Of a stretch of 64,000 bases of DNA, positions 37,362 to 51,500 are shown piece after piece. Location: the NCBI GenBank assembly GCA_043228905.1, contig JBHGNT010000009.1, positions 12,338,001-12,402,000 on the forward strand, written 5' to 3'. This DNA is from Azolla caroliniana (lineage: Eukaryota; Plantae; Polypodiophyta). Numbering within the stretch: the stretch's first letter is position 1; every line of letters begins with the position of its first letter. A program made the position numbers and the translations under genes. The notes beneath the pieces are model-generated. The model was not told the DNA's origin. It saw nothing but the letters and a program-made list of their open reading frames with translations, and ran no database searches.

Positions 37362-40300
37362 TATTAGAGATCTAGGTACTAAAGTAAGCTTAAGATAAGG
37401 ATAAAGTAATGATAGATAGAAAGGAGAAAGAGAAAGAAGACTGCCGATTCACCCGACCACCCCCGAGCGAAGGGATCGAGACGAACTTGAGCCTCAATCG
37501 ACGTCCCATACCACCGTCGTGGCGTCGAGTCGTACCTGGTGCTGGCGCGCTCGCTACAAGAGTTGACCCACCACAAGAGTAGAGTCTCAATGTAGTCAAA
37601 AGATGATGAAATGAGGGTAGCTAGGCCTCTTATTTATAGTGATACCCAAGGCCCCCAGGCAAGTTCACACTTGACCTAATGGGTTGTCTCAATCCCGAGG
37701 ATTAAAAGTAATCCTCCCCTTCTTTACACTCTCATTTAACCCTCACACTTATCCACGTGTATAGAATACTACGGTAAATTCTCACCACGGGATATTAAAT
37801 GATCATGCCCGTAACATACTCCCCCTCTTTAAAACATTGCACTCTTGCAATGGAAAGTTAGGGAAGTTAGTTCTAAGAGTATTTTCGCGTTCCCATGTGG
37901 CATCTTTTATTGATTTATCCATCCATTTTATTTTAAATTCTCGGATTTCTTTAGTACGTAATTTTTTTGTTTTAACATCGAGAATTCTTTCTGGTACATG
38001 TGGTTTAAAAGATAATTCTTGAGAAGTAACCAGAGTTTCAATTGTAATTGTATTGTTGCCAGAACCTAGAAGTTCTTTTAGACGACTCACATGAAAGACT
38101 GGATGAATTCCGACACCATCGGGAAGAGCGAGATGATAGGCTGATGACCCAATGCGTTTGAGGTCTGTAAAAGGTCCACAAAACCGTGGGGCTAACTTAG
38201 CGCACTTACCCGTAGACAATGTCTTAGAATTGTGAGGTACACGTAAAAATACCTTTTGTCCAGGGTTGAATACACGAGGTTGCCTATGATGATCGACATA
38301 AAAACGCGCTCTATCTTGAGCTGTTTTTATATTATCTCGTGCAATATGCAACATATCTTGCATATCCTGAAGAAAGTTTTGCGTACTTCGCAACTCATCA
38401 TGATGTATATTAACATCAATCGGGGCTCGTGGCTGAAAACCATACATCAACATAAAAGGACTATATCCTGTCGACGTATGCTTGGAGCTGTTATAAGCAA
38501 ACTCCAAAATTGGGAGATAACGTTCCCATTTTGTTGGTTTTGCACCAACGTATGCTCGAAGCATGTCCTCAATAATTTGATTTACTCGTTCTGTCTGTCC
38601 ATCGGATTGAGGATGATCCATGGAGCTCATGCTCAACGTAGTTTCTAACTTCTTAAAGACTTGCATTCGGAAGTCACTAGTAAACTTTGGATCTCGATCA
38701 CTCACGATATCCATCGATAACCCATAAAAACGAAATAATTCGTCAACGAATTGGTAAACCAATTCAAGAGCTGTTACCGTGGTTTTAGTAGCTATAAATC
38801 TGGCCATTTTAGTTAGTCGATCAACGGCAACCCAGATGACATCATGACCTTTTTGGGTGCAAGGAAGGCTAACAATAAAATCCATGGATATACTTTCCCA
38901 CTTATTATTGGGAATGTCCAAGGGATGTAAAAGTCCTGCGGCTTTAAGTCGCTCGGCTTTGTTAAGCTGACACTGGTGACATTTAGTCACATAGCTATGT
39001 ATGTCAGGACGTATCTTAGGCCAATAAAATTGAGTGGAGATGAGAACGAGTGTACAATGTATTCCAGGGTGCCCTGCTGAGGGTGCATCATGGCATTAAA
39101 AAAGAATCCTCTTTTTGACCTCAGGTAAATCTGGAACACAAACCTTCCCATTACGATAGAGCAGACCGTTAGCAATGTGGAAGTATTCCTTCGAGGATGT
39201 GGTGGTTTCTGTTCCAGACTCAACTCTTGCCCAATATTTTGCAAAATAACTGTCATCAAGATACTTTCCTTGAAGGTGATCATAAAGATCTGATGATATT
39301 TCAGTGAAGCTAAGCATGTTAACTTCACGGATGCGACTTTGTGCATCAGCGATAGTGTTCATGGAACCTTTACGATATCGTATGGAAAAATCAAAGTCCT
39401 GGATGAGATCAGCCCATCCTGCCTTATGACCTTTCAGGTCTTGTTGGTCACAAAAATATTTCAAGGACTCGTGGTCCGTAGTTACCACAAAGCGATTTCC
39501 ATAAAGATAATGGCGCCATGTTTTGAGCGCTTGTATAACTGCAAATAATTCCTTTTCTTGAACGGTATATCCCGACATTGAGCAGAATCAAGTTTCTTAC
39601 TCTCGAATGCTATTGGTTTACCATCTTGATACAAGACAGCACCTATAGCATAATCGCTGGCATCGGTTTCAACCTCAAAAGGTTTTGAAGGATCAGGTAA
39701 AAGAAGTGAAGGAGCCTTGCAAACCAGGATCTTGAGTTCCTTAAAGGCGAGGTCTAGTGTAGCATTCCACACAAAAGGTTTTGTAGACTTACGCGTTTGA
39801 CCTTTTAAAAGTTCAGTAAACGGCGTCATCAATTGGGAGTAATTATGAAGAGACTTTCGCAAAAACCCGACAAAACCAAGGAATGATCGAAATTCTCGAA
39901 TATTCCGAAGAGTGGGCCAAAGCTTGATTTTCTCAATGCGAGAAGGATCAATTTCAACTCCTCGTTCGGTTATGAGATGTCCTAGATATGTAATTGATTT
40001 CTTGAAGAACTCACATTTTGAGATCTTCGCATAAAACTGTTTTTCACGCAATGTTTGTAAAACAAAGCGGACATGTCTAGCATGTTCTTGTAATGTACGA
40101 CTATAAACTAAAATATCATCCAAGAAAATAACGACAAATTTTCCAAGTTGTTCTCGGAAAATGTCATTCATTTCTTGTTGAAAAGTAGTCGGAGCATTGG
40201 TCAAGCCAAAAGGCATAACCAAAAATTCGTAATGGCCATAGTGCGTACGAAATGTCGTTTTAGGAACATCGTTCTCACTTATTCGTATTTGATGGTAGCC

Positions 40301-43300
40301 AGTACGGAGATCAAGTTTCGTAAAATACTGAGCTCCCTGGAGACGGTCAATTAGATCATCAGCCCGGGGCAATGGGTACGAATTCTTGATCGTCACTTTA
40401 TTCAAGTGTCGGTAATTAATACACGTACGCCATGTGCCCTCTTTCTTTTTAACCAAGAGAACTGGTGCACCCCATGGAGATTTACTATAACGTATATAAC
40501 CCATTCGTAAATAGTCCTTGAGTTGCTTAGATACCTCATCTTCTTCGGATCGACTTAAGCGATACGGAGGTATACTTATTGGTGCAACACCAGGTACAAT
40601 ATCTATACGATGGTCTATATTACGTTTAGGAGGTAACCCATCAGGTAGTTCACTTGGAAAAACATCATGAAAATCATTTCAGATTTCATCAAGTTGTTGT
40701 TGTTCAAAATATGTTAATTGAACCAAGACATTATTGATATTGTAAACGTGAATGTCCGGATCAAGTACACAATAAAATAACGTAGAACAAGACAACTCGG
40801 ATATTGATGGACACGAGGAAACAATCGAGAGGGATTGTTTTTTTACACATTGAATAAAATGCGTACAATCGTTCAGTACAAAAGAAATGGAATGACGAAC
40901 CCAATCAATAAATAAAGAAGAGTTTTTATTATAAAACTAGGGATAACCCAGTATTACATTGGTGGTACAAAGGTTCATTACATGGAAGTCTACTTCCTCT
41001 ATATAAGTATCAATAGAAATTCCTAATGAATGAATCGCCCCGTTGATGTATTGTACTCTTCCATCAGCCAAGTGCACCGTGTAGGTGTGATCACTTATGG
41101 CGGGTTGGATTCCCCATATCTGAACCAAACGATCATTCACAAAATTGTGTGAGCTTCCCGAATCAAATAAAAATTGTATGGGAGATTCATTGATATACCC
41201 GTTTGCACGTAGTAAATCATTGGGACCCAATACATAGTGAGGGAAAGAACATTGACAATTACTTAAATGATGTGTATAGACCTGAAGGACATTAGGAATC
41301 TGACCTTTATGGTCTGCAGCTTTAGCTTTGTTGTCATGCTCTTTCCGTTGGAGCTTTTGACATTGATCTTTTGTGTGACCCTTCTTTTTGCAGAATACGC
41401 AAAAAGGATGTTGTCACTTACAATCGCGATCCAGGAATTCGTTGGGTGTCTTGCATTTCCCAACAAATTGCGACTGCTTAGTCCCGGGCGCTTTGTTGGG
41501 TTTGTTGTGGTCCTTCTTCAAAGTGTGTTGATAGTGAAGAACTATTTCAACGGCCTCTTCGAAGGATTTTGGATCCTTATCGTGCACTATCCAATGATAG
41601 TCCGAATTCGGGATGCCATTGACAAAACAAGCTATCAACCAATTGTCCCTTCTAGACCTGATTTTTGGATTTGGGTTCTAGCATGGTGAACATAGTCTTC
41701 TAGCGAGGAAAATTTCTTGCTAGAGAGGTTCATTAAAGCTTGTGCTGCCTCGGTTCGAGAGGGAGGTTGCAGAAATTGGCCCTTAAAAACCATGACAAAA
41801 TCTGTCCAGGTATCGGGCAATTTCCCCATTGTACGAAGCCCACGCCACCAGGCGACGGCCTTACCCCCGAGTTCTCGGCCAACATATGTAATCTTCGTAC
41901 TATCGGGCGTGGGATAGAGCTCAAAATGAGACTCCCATCGTCCCAGCCATGTGCAGATTGCTTCTTCGGTTCTTTCCTTTTTGTCTCCCGTAAATGGCTT
42001 AACGACAAATGATGGTTCACCTTGTCACTCATCAGGTCTATTAGTCTCACGTTGTAGACTAATGACATGTGCCTCAAGAGCACTCTGAGATTGCCGAAGT
42101 TCGGTCATCTGTTGAGCGGTGAAACTAAGGTATTGGGTTATTTGTGCCAAATACATCTCAATGGACATTTGTCCAGGAGGATTCCCTTGAATTCCTTCCG
42201 CTTGAGTGGATGACATTGGGTCGTTAATTTGAGCCATTAAAGATTATTTCTGGAAAAGAAATAGGATAAGGTCAGAGATATAGTCATAACATCATGTCGT
42301 GATGTAAACATATCATGGGCAAACATTAATCGATATCATGATCTCACGTCAATACCCCTCTAGACATATGAGATGAGAGGTTCAAGATCAGGTGACTATG
42401 GTAACACAAAGGTGTTTTAAAAACCATGGGGGTGACAATTTAATGTCTTTCCCTTATCTCTATATCGATTTTTTCATGGCGGCTTCCCGAGGCTCAACCA
42501 TGTATGTTCGTATCATGAATAGTTTATACACGAAAAAAATGTTAACAATAAACTATGTTTCGGTGCCCACATATGTGGTTTCAGCTCTTTAAGTCCTATT
42601 ACGAGGACCCCGAGGTGCACTTAGACCTTAAGTCTAAACATATGTTATAGTCATATGTATCAAGGATGTTGTATGGTCTTGGTCATATTTGAACTCGAGA
42701 CCTCGAGAACAAATACATTAAACACTTGAGCCAACCAAGTAAGTTGCTCTTCTCGAATGCTTAATGTTTGATGCGTATAAGAGATATGAGAGGCAATTGA
42801 TCATATATGTTTTTTTTTAAAAGAACATATATTTCAAGGGTCCTTATTTCGCCCTCATTTACCAAAACTATGTTGGTACGTTACCTAACCTCAAGTCTTG
42901 TAATTACGATGGCATACGCCAAATTGCAACCTAATGGTCAAGCCAAATGAGCCTTCGTTTCGTAGTAGGCCCACGTGGCCCATCACATGGTCACGTCATT
43001 ACGAATGCCTCTCGTAAGAACGAGCTCATGGTGGCATTGTATCCATGTAACGAGGGAGGGATGTTGGATACGTGCGTCATTGGAGCGACCTCACTTGAAG
43101 TGGGTCAAGCCCTACGTACTCAACATCATTATGGCTATAGGTGTTTCTTTACGTAACGAAATCGAGGTCATCAACGAGGTTGTCAACAATAATTTTTTTT
43201 TGAAAAAGGGATGGTGACAACGCCATTCTCACAAAAATGTGAGGACGGCCACCAACATCCTTTTCCTGACAAGGACAACTTTCGATATAATCACGTAATA

Positions 43301-44384
43301 ACGAATATACACATATGTTTACTTATCACATATATACGATCAAATACGTATATACGTGACCACATATGCCTATATTAACATATCGTTATATTAAATAGCC
43401 ACAAATGATGTGATCGAGATACGTAATCGAGGTATATACCTCTACGCACACGAAACATCCACAAATAAGAGATCATCGTAATACGCAATTGAGGTATTGA
43501 CCTCTTACGCATACGAGACCAACCGCATATCATTTACAACAAATCAAGGAATTAAACTCATACGCAAACTTAACATATGTTCGTGAACATAATATGTAAT
43601 TGAGGTATTAACCTCGTACGCATACGGCACTCATCACATATTATTAATATGTCAAACGAGGTATTGACCTCGTGCACATATGTAAACGTTTTAGATAATC
43701 AATTAAAGACCACTACAACATCATTGACTTAATGAAAAAAAATGACATATAAACTAAACACATGATTAGATGGGAGAAGAGAGAATAGAAAAAAAAATTA
43801 TGGAAAGAGTTACCGAAGTTCTTTGTTGATCGTTGTCTGGATCAAGGCCGACTGCACATCGATCGATCACCATCAATCAAAAGACAAAAGACAAACAAAG
43901 AAACATTAGTCCATAAATCTGATACCAAATATTAGAGATCTAGGAACTGAAGTAAGCTTAAGATAAGGATAAAGTAATGATAGATAGAAAGGAGAAAGAG
44001 AAAGAAGAGTGCCGATCCACCCGACCACCCCCGAGCGAAGGGATCGAGACGGACTCGAGCCTCGATCGGTGTCCCATACCACCGTCGTGGCGTCAAGTCG
44101 TACCTGGTGCTGGCACGCTCGCTACAAGAGTTGACCCACCACAAGAGTAGAGTCTCGATGTAGTCAAAAGATGATGAAATGAGGGTAGCTAGGCCTCTTA
44201 TTTATAGCGATACCCAAGGCCCCCAGGCAAGTTCACACTTGACCTAATGGGTTGTCTCAATCCCGAGGATTAAAAGTAATCCTCCCCTTCTTTACACTCT
44301 CGTTTAACCCTCACACTTATCCACGTGTATAGAATACTACGGTAAATTCTCACCATGGGATATTAAATGGTCATGCCCGTAACA
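37362..44384 (-). mobile_element. Chromovirus-type Ty3/Gypsy element, full length, decayed ORF
   Basis: 455-bp LTRs at 43930-44384 and 37362-37816. TSD AATAG (37357-37361 and 44385-44389). PBS TGGTATCAGA (43927-43918). PPT AAGAGGGGGAG beside 37817. Confidence 0.95.
37803..42237 (-). pseudogene. Chromovirus gag-pol with C-terminal chromodomain
   Basis: gag 42237-41263, PR FDSGSSHNF (41230-40937), [11 protein letters not shown] and [12 protein letters not shown] (40504-39482), IN SMDFI…SDRDPKF…QSDGQTERVN, chromodomain PERILD…KIKW…DATWE. Confidence 0.92.
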
Positions 44385-44857
44385 AATAGGTTCGTGAGAT
44401 GCAGATTGAAAATGTTAAGGCTTTAATCCTCATGTTAATGAAACTCACTTGCTCATCATCCTTTTTAAGTTAAACAATATTTCTAAATAGTTTCTGAATA
44501 ATAATCGCTTTTCAACGATCATTTTGCCCATCATTTTTAGTTAATTTTGCCTTGAGTTTTCCTTAGTTATGTCCTCAAACATCCTAATTGCTATCAAATA
44601 ACTTAATTTCTATTATACAAACTAAGGTATTGTGATAATGTCGAGAGATGTTGATTTCATATTTGCAATGTCTTGGAGGAAACACCATTATATTCTACAA
44701 CATCATCTACATCCGAGGAAGACAACGAGTCCTTTGAATCCTAACCCAAGGATGACATGGTGGATCACTTGATGAATTGTTCCTTGAGGCATTTTGCATT
44801 CAACTGAGGTACTTATGAATTGATAATTAAAGATTTATCTAGAACTGTTTAGATCCT

Positions 44858-45525
44858 TCAGGCAAACAAGGCTTGGGTTTGTCCTGTTGGCAACGTGCCA
44901 ATGAGTCCGACTCGTTGAAAGTCATCAGAATAGCGATGGGGCTGAAGGCGAATAATGAGGATCTGGTTGATGAAGCCTCTTAACCGTGACCTCATTCCAT
45001 TGAATTTATCTAGAAAGTTGACATTGGGTTCTACAGTAGAAGAGTCAACAATTGGATGAGGTATGACTTTTGTGGCTACTTGAAGTTCTTGAATAGAGTT
45101 TCTCAAGTTCACATTCTGATGTTGGAGTTGTTCTAGGGCCGCCCAAATTTGTTCAAGGTCCCTAGATGATTTTGACATAATAGTGTATTAAGAAAGAAGA
45201 AAAGAAAAAGGAGATCAATCTATTACAGATGAACAATTAGAAAATAGGAAGATGGGGAAGTTTATGAGAATGACTGAGAATATCCCATGAGTGGTGTTGA
45301 TCTCCTTGATGTTAACAATGGATTTCAACCCTTTTTATACATGAAGTGATGCATGCTAAGCATGCTCATACTTGCATGCCAAGTCATACATACTCAATGT
45401 TACATACTATAATATCAAGCATGTTAATACTTGCATGCCAAGTCATACATATTGAGTCTTACATACTACCCTTATACAATGGTTTAAAATGACCTAGATT
45501 CGAGTTTGAGTCAATATTCCTGACA
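44858..45525 (-). mobile_element. Remnant of a Tcn1/sushi-like Gypsy: putative LTR (45525-45184) plus gag N-terminus
   Basis: Minus strand TGTCAGG…TAATACA with TATAAAA. ATG 5 nt later gives EPNVNFLDKFNGMRSRLRGFINQ…QPHRY…RVGLIGTL, resembling PEG10/RTL1-like retrotransposon gag. Confidence 0.65.
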
Positions 45526-45531
45526 ACAATC

Positions 45532-48500
45532 TGTAGGGAAACAAGTCCCTCTGGATGGGATCTTGATGAGAACCAGATGAGCCGGAGCAGAGAAGGTGAA
45601 GGAAGGAACCAGACCGGATGGATCCGGAAACCGGATCAGATAGATCCGAAAGGTATCCGAAAACCGGATTAGATTGCTCTAGGTCGCTGCCTCTGAGACT
45701 CTTATTGTATTACCTCTCACCTATAGTGATCTTGTTCGGAGTCTAAGAACTCATGTGGTTTTTTTCCAATTAGAGTTTCCATGTTAACATTCAGTGTCTT
45801 CTCCGTTGTCTGTGTAAGTGCATTCTAATTTTCTATTTTATCTTCCATTTGGTTGTGTCCTAGCACTATTTTCATCAAACTGATATCAGAGCGAACAACA
45901 AAGGAAAGAAAATGGAAGATTCTTTTGGTAGCATGTTCAAGCTCACTAGCTCCAACTACCTAGTGTGCCGGTACAGTTTGGACACAAAACATCGGACAAG
46001 AATGATGCCATGAACTGGGAGGTGATGCATATGAAGATGGAGGCATACATAAGATGCTTCATTGACATGAGCCTGTACAACAACTTCAACAAAGAAAGTA
46101 AGGCTCATGCGCTCTGGGAGAAAATCCGTACCATGCTGGAGAGTAAGAATGTTGTGAATCGGGTCTCAGTATTCTGGAAGTTAGTGAGACTCTGATACAC
46201 AGATGGATCCAATATGGCAGAGCACATGAATACCTTCCAGGGGCTTATAAACCAAACGACCTCGTTTGAAGTAGGTCTAGCCAACGAGGTACTCGCGTTG
46301 CTACTGCTCGGTTCCCTCCTGGATAGTTGGGAGACACTAGTTGTCACTTTGGGCAAGGCCGGGCCGGAAGGGAAACAACTATCCCTAGCAAGAGTAAAGT
46401 CGATCTTGCTAGATGAAGAAGCTCACTGGAAGGACCAGGAATCTGGAAACTATCCAAAGGCCTTGGTTACAAAAGATGACAATAACCAGGGAAGAGGCTG
46501 ACATTGGAGTCCCCAGGACCGGGACAAATTGAGGACGAAGTCGAAGTCAAGGGGGAGACCCACCTGCTTTTATTGCGGAAAGTCGGGGCACTTCCTAAAG
46601 AGTTGTTGACACTTCCAAAAAGCCAAAAGGGGAGACAATGGTCCGGAACCGAAGAAGATTCTAGAAAGGAGAGGAACATTGGCAATCGCGACAAGCGAAG
46701 AGGAACTACTGTTAATCACCGAGGAGAGTGAGTTGCACCTTGTCAACGATGAATCAACATGGGTGGTAGACTCCGGAGATTCCTTTCATCTAACCCCCGA
46801 CCGGAAGTGCTTCTCATCCTACAAAACCAGAGATCACGGATTGGCTGAAGGATGAACCGGACCATGATGAGAGGGTCGAGAGCATGCTAGCACATGTTAA
46901 GTTGTCCAAGTCATTTTGGGCGAAGGCGTTGATGACGGAGACCTATGTGATAAACAGATCACCCTCAGCACCCTTGGAAGGAAACATGCCACAGAGAGTA
47001 TGGACCGGTAAAGACACCTCTTACCGGCATCTGAAGGTGTTCGGTTGTCTTGCCTATGTGCATGTAGCAAAGGACAGGGATCAAAATTGGATCCAATATC
47101 TCGTCCATGCATATTCCTTTGAGACAGCAATGATGAGTTTGCTAATTGAGTGAGGGACTTTGTCGACAAAAAGGTTTTCCGTAGTCGAGACATAGTCTTC
47201 ATGAAAGACAAGAACATTGTCGACTAGGAGTCGACAGCAGACTCCAGATCGACCGACAGTGATTGTTTGGAAGATGCAAGGATTCATTTGGTCAGAAGCC
47301 ATATGTCAACCGAGAAACATGATGAACCGACCAGATTCGGACGAGTAACCGAATTGACATAAGAAGAATTGGACACTAGAACTAGACAAGATCCCGAATC
47401 GGATTCGGATGAAGAACAGTCGGAGGAACTGGTGGTCGAGAACTAAGGACGGAGATACTCTCTAAGAGAGAGAAGGGTCCCCCAAAGATTTCCGGAAGAA
47501 GCAACGAGGGACACCCACAACCAACAGTGGTTAAGTGCCATGTAGGACCGGGAGATGCCGGAAATCCATTGACATACAAAACCTGCATTGTGGTGAAGGG
47601 CTTCCAATAGAAGAAAGGGGTGGACTTCAACGAGATCTTTGCTCCAGTAGTCAAGATGACGTCCATCCGGATTGTGATGAGCATAGCGGTGAGCATGGAC
47701 CTCGAGCTCGAACAACTCGATGTTAAGATGAGAAGGACCATGTTGGTGAGTATATCGTCTGATGCCAAATGGCCGAGACCAAAATCAAAATCAAAATCAG
47801 AAATTGAAATCGAAAGCCGAAATCGTTTCGGAAGACTATAATTGTAAATAGTAAAAAATGCCTCCTAGGGACTATACTTGTAAATAGCCAGAAAGTTGCT
47901 TTGGTTTGTAAGCTACTAGGGCAAATCTTATAGTTAGGAGGTGTTTTATAGACATGAGTCTATACAACAACTTTGGCAAAGAAACAAAAGCAGATGTCCT
48001 ATGGAAGAAGATCGGCATCATGTTCGAAAACAAGAACGTCATGACGCGAGTCTCAATATTTTGAAAAATCGTGAGGCCCCAATATCAGGATGGCTACAGT
48101 ATGGCAGAGCACATCAATGCCTTCCAAGGATTGATGAATCAAATCACCTCTCTAGAAGTACCTCTGGTCGACGAGGTATTAGCATTACTATTGTTAGGAT
48201 CCCTTCTGGATAGTTGGGAGACGCTCGTGAGTCCAAATACCGACCAGAAGGCTTTAGTCACAGAAGGTGACATGATTCGGGGAAGAAGCTGAAATCGAAG
48301 TACCCAGAACCAAGATAAGTCAGGGACCAAGTCGAAGTCGAGGGGGAGACCCACATGCTTCTATTGTGGAAAGTTGGGGCACTTCCAGAAAAACTACCGA
48401 CACTTTCGAAAGGAGAAAAGGGGATCTGATGGTGTAGAGCCGAACAAAATCCCAGATAGGAAGAACACCTCAACAATCGCCACAAGTGAGGAGGAGTTGT

Positions 48501-51500
48501 TGCTCATAAGTGAGAAAAACTAACTGAATCTCGCAGGCGAAGAATCGACATGGGTGGTCGATTCGGGTGCGTCGTTTCACCTAACCCCTGACCGAAAGCG
48601 CTTCTCATCCTACAAAGCTGTAGATCTCGGATCTGTAAAGATGGGAAATGAAGGAGCTTGCCGAATCGTCGACATTGGAGATGTGTGTTTGGAAACCTCA
48701 ACTGGGTGCAGACTCATGTTGACAGATGTAAGACAGATTCCGGAGGTTCGATTGAACCTAATATCAGCCGGTCGGCTAGATGATGAAGGTTACACGGGTA
48801 CCATCCGAAATGGTGTCATGAAGTTCTCCTGAGGAAGTTTGATCGTGGCTTGAGCTTAGAAGACCAACACCCTATACATAATGAATGCTCGAATATGCCG
48901 AGGGGAAGCAAACGAGGCATCCGACACGGTAGGTGAAAAGTGGCACAGGGGGTTGTGCCATATGAGTCAGAAGGGGATGCGAAACCTTGCCGAGGACAAC
49001 CTAATTCCTGAGGTAAAGAACGTGCAACTTGAGAAGTGCACAGATTGCTTGACCGGTAAGCAGAATCGAACATCCTTCCGAACGAGGCCCCCGATGAGGA
49101 AGAAAATGTCGTTGGAACTCGTGCATATGGACAAATGCTATGTGGACACGAGATCGCATGGTTGTTCACAGTATTTCGTGACCTTCATTGATGACTATAG
49201 CAGGAAGTTGTGGGCTTCCATGCTGAAAATGGAGGATCAAGTGTTATCCGTCTTCAAGGAGTTCCAAGCGAGGGCCGAGAGAGAAACCGGTTGGAAACTG
49301 AAGACAGTCCGAGCAGACAATGGCGAAGAGTACCATGGACCGTTCGAGGAATACTGCCGAAATCAAGGAATCCGGCTCTAGTATACTGTGTTGAAGACAC
49401 TAGAGCTTAATGGGTTGGCCGAAAGAATGAACCAGACCGTAATGGAAAGGGTCTGAAGTATGCTTGCACATGCTAAGTTACTGAAGATGTTCTAGGCTAA
49501 GGCGTTGATGACGGCAATGTACGTGATAAACCGATCACCCTCAGTACCCTTCGACAGTGATATTCCACAAAGGGTGTCGAGTGGCAAACAAGTATCGTCC
49601 GACATTGGATGGTGTTCGGCTGTCTTGCTTATGTGCATGTGGCAAAGGACCAGAGGAGGAAGTTGGACCCGAAATCTCGGCCATGCGTATTTCTCAGTTA
49701 CAACAATGATGAATTTGGCTATCGGCTATTGGACTTAGCAAAGAAGTAAGTGATTAGGGGCCATGACATTGTCTTCATGAAGGAAAAGACAATAATTGAC
49801 TGGGAGATTGAGAATAAGTCTCCAACTACCGAATCGAACCGAGTCGACGCTCGGCCAAATCGAGTAGAATCCGATTCGAACGAAATCAAATCTGAGCCAG
49901 TCAGCCAAGTTAATACTCGACAAAATCGAGAACTGACTTAAGAGTGACGGGAAACAACCGAACAAGGAACTGAATCGGCCATAGAAGTCGAAGAAGAATC
50001 GATCGTACTGAATGGAGGCCGAAGATACCACCTAAGAGAACGGAGGGCCCCCCGAAGATTTCCAGATGAAGAGCGTGTACTGCTAACCGATGAGGTGAAG
50101 AAATTCGACAGAGGAGATTTCCTCATCCCTTTGTTGTATGTAGACGACATGTTGATTGTCGGACGGGACCATACGAAGATCCAAGTGCTGAAGAAGGCCT
50201 TGAGCAAATCATTTTCAATGAAGGATATGGGTCCGGAAAAGCAAATCATGGGGATGCACATTGTTCGAGATCAAACAAAGAAATTGTTGTGGTTGTCACA
50301 AGAAAAAAGTGTGACAAAGGTGCTCCAAAGATTTAGCATGGAATGCGCGGAACCGGTCGGCTTGACACTACCGACGAACTACAAGCTAAGCAAAGAACAA
50401 TGTCCGAAATCAAAAATTGAGAAGGCCGAGATGTCAAAGGTTCCTTATGCCTTACAGTCGGAAGCCTGATGTACGCGATGGTATGTACCAGGTCGGACAT
50501 AGGATACATAGTCGGCGTGGTTAGCCAATATATGAGCAACTCCGGAAGAGAGCATTGGGTTGTCGTGAAGTGGATACTTTAGTACCTAAAAGGCACCTCA
50601 AGCGGGTAACCCCACACATTGTGTCTTCGTTTCGGTTTGGGTAACCCCACACTGGAAGGTTATACTGACTTGGACATGTCGACTGATGTGGATACTAGCC
50701 GATCCACGTCTGGGTACATAATGACTCATGTAGGGGGAGTTCTTTTGTGGTAGTTGAGGATGTAGAAGGTTGTGGCGTTGTTGACCATGGATGCCAAATA
50801 TATGGCCGCAGCGGAAGCTGGCAAGGAAATCATATGGATGAAGGAGTTTATCGGTGAGCTGGGAATTTAGCAGGAGGAATTCCAACTCCATTGCGATAAC
50901 CACAGTGTCATCCACCTTGTGAAAAATGCTAAACCAGGACCGGGCGAAGAAGTTGTTGTGGTTGTCACATGAGAAGTACGTGACAAAGGTGCTCCAAAGG
51001 TTCAACATGTTGGACGTAAAGCAAGTCGAATCGACACTTCCGCCAAATTGCAAGATTTTCGGGAAACAAAGCCCAAAGAAGAAGATGGAGAAGTTGAGAT
51101 GATGAAGATACCATATGCCTCTGCCTCGGAAGCTTAATGTACGTAATGGTATGCACACGACCAGATATCGAATATACAGTCGGAGTGGTCTGCCGGTTTA
51201 TGAGCAATCTGGGAAAGGGCCACTAGGTAACTGTCAAGTGGATCTCCAGTACCTAAAAGGCACCTCGAGTATGTGCCTCCGATTTGGCTCCGGTAAACCC
51301 CTATTGGAAGGCTTCACATGTCGGCTAATGCAGATACCAACCGGTCTACATTCGGATACATCATGACATATGTAGGGGGGGTTGTATCATGGCAGTCAAG
51401 GCTGTAGAATTCCGTTGCATTGTCGACAGCGGAAGTGAAGTACACGGTGGCCATGGAAGCTGGCAAGGAGGTAATCTGGATGAAGGACTTCATCGGATAG

